From: a virus
Virus record (IMG/VR): IMGVR_UViG_3300008113_000014
Span: 44,864-108,863 of that record
Length of the DNA: 64,000 nt
Reading direction: 5' to 3' (one strand)
Shown here: positions 58,046-64,000 of the stretch, in pieces
How the letters are laid out: the number at the start of each line of letters is the position of its first letter
Numbering within the stretch: the stretch's first letter is position 1
Position numbers and translations under genes: made by a program
The notes under the pieces: model-generated
What the model saw: the letters and a program-made list of their open reading frames with translations, nothing else
Database searches by the model: none
Told to the model about the DNA's origin: nothing

Positions 58046-58696
58046 TTAGTTATGCCACTTATCTCTTCCCTTTGGTGGTTTGCTATAACTGCTATCATAC
58101 CCTATGCCTGGTCTTCCATCTAATGAAAAGTCAGCATACTGACCATTTGCATCAACATAGTGTAAAAATGCCTGTGCGTGCCAAGAACCATCAGGAGCAT
58201 CAAAGGTTTCACGCCAATGTTCTAACTCAATACCTTTATAGATCACCATGTCTCCAGGTAAAGTTACATGTTCTTTTCCGTCTACCCAAATATTCCAAGT
58301 GTAATCTTTATCTTCTGTATTGTAAAAATATCCTAAATTAACCGTTGCTGATATTTCACAAGCAAACCTATCCTTATGTTTTTTAAGATAATCTCCAGGT
58401 TTATATAATCTGTGGTAGGAGTATGTTGGAAAAAGATTAAGTCCTGTAGCTAATTCAACTGTTTTTTGCATTGCTACCAACAAAGACTCTGTAATAGGGT
58501 TTGCATATCCTGCCTGTGTTGGAGGGCTTATAGAATCACCTTTAATATTAGGGTTAGAAATTGAATCAAAATATATTGCATTAGCAAGAAGACTTGCTTC
58601 ATTTTTTGTTAATGCATTACATATTTTTACATAGCCATCTTTATTAAAAAGAATAGAGGCTTTATTGTTTTCTTCTATAGGATTTAAGTATGACAT
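58046..58696 (-). CDS. 2OG-Fe(II) oxygenase-like protein
   Basis: PTYSY.R.Y..G..L..HKDR..CEIS...PGD...Y.G....HWRE...FLHYV. Confidence 0.8.
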   Translation of the reverse strand: MSYLNPIEENNKASILFNKDGYVKICNALTKNEASLLANAIYFDSISNPNIKGDSISPPTQAGYANPITESLLVAMQKTVELATGLNLFPTYSYHRLYKPGDYLKKHKDRFACEISATVNLGYFYNTEDKDYTWNIWVDGKEHVTLPGDMVIYKGIELEHWRETFDAPDGSWHAQAFLHYVDANGQYADFSLDGRPGIGYDSSYSKPPKGRDKWHN

Positions 58697-58714
58697 ATTC
58701 TGTATTTTTCTTTT

Positions 58715-60169
58715 TTATTTTTTAGTCACTATAATATTGTCATAATTGCCATGTGTTAGAACTTCAATAGTTAAACCCTCAACAGTCACTTTATCCCCTT
58801 TATGAAGTATCAAGTCTGCTGAAGATGGAGTTAAACAGGTACTTCTAAGTACTGGTCTTTCACTTGGAAAGATTGGCTTAAGAAACTCTTCACCGTGAGT
58901 AAAATTACCATCATAGGTATAAACAAGAACGCCATCTCCAATTATCGGATTCTTGCATGAAAACTTGGAAGATCTGCGAGATTCAATTACTACAGCTTTC
59001 GTATCAGACACAGGAATTACTGCCATTTTTACTCCGTCTTTTTCCGATGACAGCGGTACAAGAGTTAATCTTGTTTGTTTTAAATTATCTTTAGTTTTAC
59101 AAAAAATCTTTTCATTGGACATCCAGCCTGCGACAAAACGAAGCCAGCCACTCAACTCTCTTGTAATTCCGCCTTCATTTCCCATAATGTCCATCACTTG
59201 AAAGGGGCTTGAATTTCTTGATGCTCCAACATGTGGAATAGCAATAGCGTGCCCAAACTCGTGAGCCCAATATGACCATATTTCTCTATCAGGTTTAAAA
59301 AAGATTGCACCAGCCATTGAAAAAGAACTGATTGAGCCCTCATTTGTAATAGCACCTTGTAATGCTTTATCCCACGGGAATCCCTGGATTGACTCTGTAA
59401 CAACTGTTTGTGCTTCTGGTAACAAGAAATTTATTGTTTTTACATTTGTAAAATCAAAAAATGGATCAGCACTTTTCAATGCATCCTTAAATAGTTTCTC
59501 GTTGTTACTTGAACTATTTAAATTTGCTGAAAGAGGAGTGACATAATCAGTTGATTTACCAGGGACTGTTACCCACTTATCAAGTACAACCCATTCAATT
59601 TTTAACTTACCCTCACTGACCGTTGAATACCACTCAGACAACAATTTCATTTGTTCATCAACTCTAGATCTGAAGTTTTTCTCTCCTGCTAAATCAGGGA
59701 AATCAATTGGAATTAGAGCCCATTTAATTGTGCCATTGCGTGGGGTTAATGGAGTTACAGCAGGAAAGCCAGATGGTAGAGAATATATGGGTGCTTCTGG
59801 AGCATCCCACCCCTTGGCCCTTCTTGGTCCATTCAGATTAGTTTCTTTAATCTTGCATAGATCAATGTTATCAGTTAAATCAGAAGGAACAGTGTAAACA
59901 TCTTCAGTTTTTGGGGTGGCAGTTGGAACAGGATCTTTACTTTTTATTGGAGCTGGTATGTTTATTTTTTTAATTGCCCATCTATAAACCTTACCGTTTT
60001 TTAAACAAATAGTATTATTTTTTACTTTGTTTAACATTGATTTAGAGCATGACTTATTTGTAAATTCGTACTGTTGAATATTTTTTTGACTGTATTCTGG
60101 TGCAATTGGTGCTTGTGTTGGTGCCAATAGTGATGCAACTGTTATTGTAGATATACAAATTACGCACAT
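58715..60169 (-). CDS. Secreted zinc metalloprotease (M6-like)
   Basis: Hydrophobic N-terminus; IPIDFPD, HEFGH...H zincin motif, DIM Met-turn, IESR, GVLVY. Confidence 0.75.
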   Translation of the reverse strand: MCVICISTITVASLLAPTQAPIAPEYSQKNIQQYEFTNKSCSKSMLNKVKNNTICLKNGKVYRWAIKKINIPAPIKSKDPVPTATPKTEDVYTVPSDLTDNIDLCKIKETNLNGPRRAKGWDAPEAPIYSLPSGFPAVTPLTPRNGTIKWALIPIDFPDLAGEKNFRSRVDEQMKLLSEWYSTVSEGKLKIEWVVLDKWVTVPGKSTDYVTPLSANLNSSSNNEKLFKDALKSADPFFDFTNVKTINFLLPEAQTVVTESIQGFPWDKALQGAITNEGSISSFSMAGAIFFKPDREIWSYWAHEFGHAIAIPHVGASRNSSPFQVMDIMGNEGGITRELSGWLRFVAGWMSNEKIFCKTKDNLKQTRLTLVPLSSEKDGVKMAVIPVSDTKAVVIESRRSSKFSCKNPIIGDGVLVYTYDGNFTHGEEFLKPIFPSERPVLRSTCLTPSSADLILHKGDKVTVEGLTIEVLTHGNYDNIIVTKK

Positions 60170-60177
60170 TTATTTTA

Positions 60178-60396
60178 TTATTCCTTTATTTTAAATACTA
60201 CCTGGCAAGGATCTCCGCCATCTTCCCACTCTTGCATTTCTTCATCTGTCATATATGTATCACCTTCATGAGTATTGCAGAATGGTTCTGTTATCCATCC
60301 TCTTTCAATACCGTTTTCAAGCCAGATCTCAAACTCATTGTAGTTTGCTTCTGAGCTTTGTATGTCTTTTAATATCTCATCAAATTCTTCGTACAT
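60178..60396 (-). CDS. Hypothetical protein
   Basis: GIERGWI...CNTHEG...GGDPC. Confidence 0.65.
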   Translation of the reverse strand: MYEEFDEILKDIQSSEANYNEFEIWLENGIERGWITEPFCNTHEGDTYMTDEEMQEWEDGGDPCQVVFKIKE

Positions 60397-60411
60397 AATA
60401 AAAGTATACTC

Positions 60412-60930
60412 CTAAGAACTTAGAATGTCAATAGGGCCAATGCAGGATGTACTATATGCAACCGCTGCATTTAATGCTAGAGTCAGACGACGCTTGGGAT
60501 CTTTGTGACTTTGGGTAGAATAAAGAGAACCCATAGCGTAGTCTGCCCCTGATCCTACGGCAATAAAGTCTCGCTCATAGGAAACCAATGTAAGGTCAGA
60601 TGCATCATGCTCATACAACTTTCCTTTTAAACCAACTAATAATGATAGCTCACTTTCTTTACCACCAATATCCCATTCACTATAAAAAGATTTAAGTGCT
60701 TTTAAGAATTTACCGTGCATAAATTTATCAGGGTTGCCTTCTACGGCTGGTGGGATAAAGTTATACTGAACTATTTGACCATCAAATGTTCCAGCAAACC
60801 CAAAAATATAAGGTCCAGTTTTCCAGATTTTTGGTTTGTCAATAGGAACTATGTAGTTGCCTTCTGACGCACCACGCTCTCCAGCGATGTACACTTTTCC
60901 GTCTTTCATTATTCCTGCAATGCAAGTCAT
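60412..60930 (-). CDS. HslV/proteasome-beta-like Ntn peptidase
   Basis: N-terminal MTCIAG nucleophile, KI, GFAG, AVGSGADYAMG. Confidence 0.85.
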   Translation of the reverse strand: MTCIAGIMKDGKVYIAGERGASEGNYIVPIDKPKIWKTGPYIFGFAGTFDGQIVQYNFIPPAVEGNPDKFMHGKFLKALKSFYSEWDIGGKESELSLLVGLKGKLYEHDASDLTLVSYERDFIAVGSGADYAMGSLYSTQSHKDPKRRLTLALNAAVAYSTSCIGPIDILSS

Positions 60931-61001
60931 GCCTACCCCTTAGTCACTATATTATAAGTATAGCAGAGGCAGGCATGGCTGTCAATCAAGGCTAAATATG
61001 A

Positions 61002-61286
61002 CTAATTAGCCTTTTTGTCTACTGTTTTAAAAGCATCATTGATTTCTGACAATGAAAGCTTTCCATCGTCCAAAAAAGCCCTTGCCAGTCTTTCAATAAC
61101 TGTTGCTACTCCTAAGAGTCCTGCAAGCATAACTGCTTGAATGGTGTCAATTCCTACTACGGCTCCTGCTCCCAAGACTGATAGTCCTGATGCTGCGAAT
61201 ACCGCAAGAATTCTCATTAAGATATTTGTTATTGCTTTCTGTGGATGATCCTGCTTTGGGGGTTCTACTATTTTTTTAACTGCCAT
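61002..61286 (-). CDS. Two-TM membrane protein (holin-like)
   Basis: Hydrophobic helices then DDGKLSLSEIN. Confidence 0.6.
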   Translation of the reverse strand: MAVKKIVEPPKQDHPQKAITNILMRILAVFAASGLSVLGAGAVVGIDTIQAVMLAGLLGVATVIERLARAFLDDGKLSLSEINDAFKTVDKKAN

Positions 61287-61287
61287 T

Positions 61288-61515
61288 TTATTTTTCCTTT
61301 CGTAGTGGTATTGTGATTAACCAGATTATTGTAGTTGCAAGTACTGCAATACCAACAATGTCTCTTGCTGATCCTGTCAAAGTTAGCCATGCAATAAAGA
61401 AGCCTAGGAGGGTGAATGCTTGTGCAATTAATTCCATTCCTGCATCTTTAAACCATTTAATTAATCCCTTTAGCATTTTGCCTACTAGATTGATGGCTTT
61501 ATTGATTATTTTCAT
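61288..61515 (-). CDS. Two-TM membrane protein
   Basis: Two hydrophobic helices. Confidence 0.65.
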   Translation of the reverse strand: MKIINKAINLVGKMLKGLIKWFKDAGMELIAQAFTLLGFFIAWLTLTGSARDIVGIAVLATTIIWLITIPLRKEK

Positions 61516-63623
61516 TTGTTCCTCCTTATCATTGCCCCTGCAATTTGCGATGCAATTACAACTGGGACAATTACTTCTTGTGCTTTCTCTCTCTGATCGT
61601 CTGTCATATCCATACCTAACTCAGAGAAATTAGATAGGAGTTCTGTAACATCCACTTCAAATACTGCTCCAAGTGGGTCTGCTAAGAATGCTTCTGTTTG
61701 TACTTCTGTTACTGCATCTGCTAATGTGAATGGCATTGGAGTTTCTCCTGCTTCCGCTTCTCTATCTGAGAACTCAACAAATGCTTCAGCAAGTGCTGGG
61801 TTAGACTTCATCTGCTCAGCAATCTGTGCAACTTCTGAAGGCTTAATGCCAAGGTCTTGTGCAACTTCAGCCTTTGCTTCTTGAGTCAATGCTCTAAGTG
61901 TTTGGCTAACTGCTGTTACTTGTTCAGGGGAAAGAGTAACTAACTTATTATCACTGCTTGTAAGGTTAGCAATAACATTAGATAGATCTTCTTCTGTTCC
62001 AGTTCCTTTTTCAGGGACAAGGGCTGCTAATACCTCATCAGTAATTTCTACATCTGGCTCAGTCCAAGGATTCTCTTCTGGCTTTGGATCTGGTCCAGGT
62101 TCTGGTGAAGGTTCTGGGGTAGGCTCTTCAGTAGGCTCTACAACTGGCTCTTCAGTTGGTTCTGGATCTGGGGTAACTTCTGGGGTGGGTTCAGGTGTAG
62201 GCTCTTCTGTAGGGTCTACTGTAGGCTCTGGAGAAGGTTCTGGGGTAGGATCAGGTGTTGGTTCATCTGTTGGCTCTTCAGTTGGCTCTGGTGAAGGCTC
62301 TGGGCTTGGTTCATCCGTTGGTTCTTCAGTTGGTTCTGGAGAAGGTTCTGGTGTGGGTTCTGGGGTTGGCTGATTGGCTGCAGCGTTGGCTGCTGCTTGT
62401 GCAATAGCAGCATTAAGTTCTCTTTGTGATTGCTCGTCATAGTAACGCCATGCGTCATCAATAGCATTATTGACATCAACTATTGACTGCTCATATTCAT
62501 TTTCTGCATCTTCTTTATTTTGTAACGCAGTTGCTACATTTGATACAGCAGTATTATAGTTATTAGTTTTAGTTGTCAGGGTTTGGTTGTATCCATTAAG
62601 TGTTGATACTGCTTGGTTATAAACATTTAATTTATCATTGTATACATCTTGGGCTGAATTTCTTGCAGCAAGGGCATTGTTATAGTCGTTGGTTTGTTCT
62701 TGAGTTGCTCCAGGCCCAGAAGAGAATGTATTTAAATTACAACTAAAGTTTTGTCCCCATACTCTAGGGTTTCCAGCATAATCACAGCCTGCTCCAGTCC
62801 ATCCTCCAGGAATTCCCCATCCAAGATGATAAGATCCTGGACCACCACCGTTGTACCACCAAATCTCTACATCAAAAACCTTATCGCTTGTTACATCATA
62901 TACAGGAGAATAATCACTCCAAGCTGTTCCTTGCTCTATCCAATTATCTATGGCCAATGATCCATCAATATACATTCTAAAACCATCATCTGTATATCCT
63001 GCAAAGTATGCCTGAGTAAACCATGAAGGAACTGTTATACGACCACTAAAATTAACTATAAAATTTTCATACCGATTACCGCAAACTGGAAGTTGCATAT
63101 GATTTGAGTTCCATGTGCCAGTACATATTACAGATCCAGTAACTGCTTGACTACCATTTCTTAACAGGGTATAAACAGTATATTCCAGTCCTGCTCCACC
63201 AGCACTATTTAGGGCTTGTTGGGCTGTTTGGAGATTGATATTGGCTATACCAAGGGCATCATAGGCATCATTCTTATTGGTTAAGGCAGTTTCTACCTCT
63301 GCTGTTTGTCCATCTAATGCTGATTGGGCTAAGTCTTTTTCTTCAAGTGCCGTGGCTTCTGCGTCAAGAGAATCGTCATATAGGTCAGAAGTTTGAGTCT
63401 GGGTTTCTTTTGCAGATACCGCAATGGAATATTTATCTTCTGCCTCTTGAATTAAAGATATGAATTCATCTTGGTAGCCTAGGTCGTCTACGCTGTTATT
63501 AAGTTCCTGGATTTCTTGGGCTGCGATTGTTAATGGATCATCAGAATGGGCTTCTGTTGGAGCCATAAAAAGCCATCCAAAAGCAAGAAATGATACAGTC
63601 AATATACGCAAAAATTTATTCAA
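61512..63623 (-). CDS. Secreted/surface protein: coiled coil, PA14 domain, Pro/Thr/Glu linker
   Basis: Signal peptide; F...FSG.I......TDDGFRMYIDG...IDNW...WYNGGG (PA14); PTPEP repeats. Confidence 0.8.
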   Translation of the reverse strand: MNKFLRILTVSFLAFGWLFMAPTEAHSDDPLTIAAQEIQELNNSVDDLGYQDEFISLIQEAEDKYSIAVSAKETQTQTSDLYDDSLDAEATALEEKDLAQSALDGQTAEVETALTNKNDAYDALGIANINLQTAQQALNSAGGAGLEYTVYTLLRNGSQAVTGSVICTGTWNSNHMQLPVCGNRYENFIVNFSGRITVPSWFTQAYFAGYTDDGFRMYIDGSLAIDNWIEQGTAWSDYSPVYDVTSDKVFDVEIWWYNGGGPGSYHLGWGIPGGWTGAGCDYAGNPRVWGQNFSCNLNTFSSGPGATQEQTNDYNNALAARNSAQDVYNDKLNVYNQAVSTLNGYNQTLTTKTNNYNTAVSNVATALQNKEDAENEYEQSIVDVNNAIDDAWRYYDEQSQRELNAAIAQAAANAAANQPTPEPTPEPSPEPTEEPTDEPSPEPSPEPTEEPTDEPTPDPTPEPSPEPTVDPTEEPTPEPTPEVTPDPEPTEEPVVEPTEEPTPEPSPEPGPDPKPEENPWTEPDVEITDEVLAALVPEKGTGTEEDLSNVIANLTSSDNKLVTLSPEQVTAVSQTLRALTQEAKAEVAQDLGIKPSEVAQIAEQMKSNPALAEAFVEFSDREAEAGETPMPFTLADAVTEVQTEAFLADPLGAVFEVDVTELLSNFSELGMDMTDDQREKAQEVIVPVVIASQIAGAMIRRNK

Positions 63624-63684
63624 GTGGTGGCTCTCCTTACCACCATTATATCAAATTATTCAGTTAGACATTGCAAATATAACA

Positions 63685-63715
63685 AAAAAGGGAGCCAAAT
63701 TAATGGCTCCCCTTA
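63685..63715 (-). terminator. Intrinsic terminator
   Basis: AAGGGAGCCA-aattaa-TGGCTCCCCTT imperfect inverted repeat with T-run on the minus strand. Confidence 0.7.
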
Positions 63716-63727
63716 GTGTTGGACTAA

Positions 63728-64000
63728 TTACTTAAGTAAAGCAACCTTAGCCTTTGGATTCTTTGCATTCCACTTCTTAGCAAGTGCATTGAATGATGCC
63801 TTAAGTGCCTTAAGTGCAGCAGCGTTATCTGCTGTTAGCTTAGCAATAGTTGCATCCTTAGCAAGTACAACTGCATCTGAAGCAGTCTTTGCATCAGCAA
63901 GTGCCTTAGCAGAAGCAGCCTTCTCAGCAGCAAGTGCTGTAGCAGAAGCAGCCTTCTCTGCTGCAAGAGCAGCATCTGAAGCAACCTTAGCAGCAGCAGC
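63728..64000 (-). CDS. C-terminal end of Ala/Lys-rich coiled-coil protein (partial)
   Basis: ...AALAAEKAASATALAAEKAASAK...FNALAKKWNAKNPKAKVALLK stop. Confidence 0.7.
   Translation of the reverse strand, partial: AAAAKVASDAALAAEKAASATALAAEKAASAKALADAKTASDAVVLAKDATIAKLTADNAAALKALKASFNALAKKWNAKNPKAKVALLK

Overview
An AT-rich segment of a large tailed dsDNA phage genome. The host is most likely an actinobacterium, possibly a freshwater acI/Nanopelagicales-like one; this is inferred from WhiB, GP88, leaderless promoters and actinobacterial regulator sites. Layout: (i) 1-21.7 kb, minus strand: portal, class II ribonucleotide reductase, tail-fibre-like genes, and an operon of 8 prolyl-4-hydroxylase-like 2OG-Fe(II) oxygenases lying next to a fibronectin-III protein that ends in about 30 Pro-Phe-Phe/Pro-Tyr-Phe units. 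(ii) 21.9-39 kb, mostly plus strand: short early-type genes separated by repeated regulatory modules. These contain 10 TGTCAG-N10-TANNNT promoters matching the actinobacterial PafBC/RecA-NDp consensus, about 13 CRP-type boxes, DnaA boxes and 6 covarying mini-pseudoknots, and the region ends in a probable iteron/DnaA origin. (iii) 39-64 kb: auxiliary genes (TauD, sulfotransferase-like pair, glycosyltransferase, PstS, APS kinase fusion, WhiB, thioredoxin, GPx, Hsp20, HslV-like peptidase, CHAP amidase, secreted proteins) and tRNAs. All product calls come from motif recognition by eye; no searches were run.
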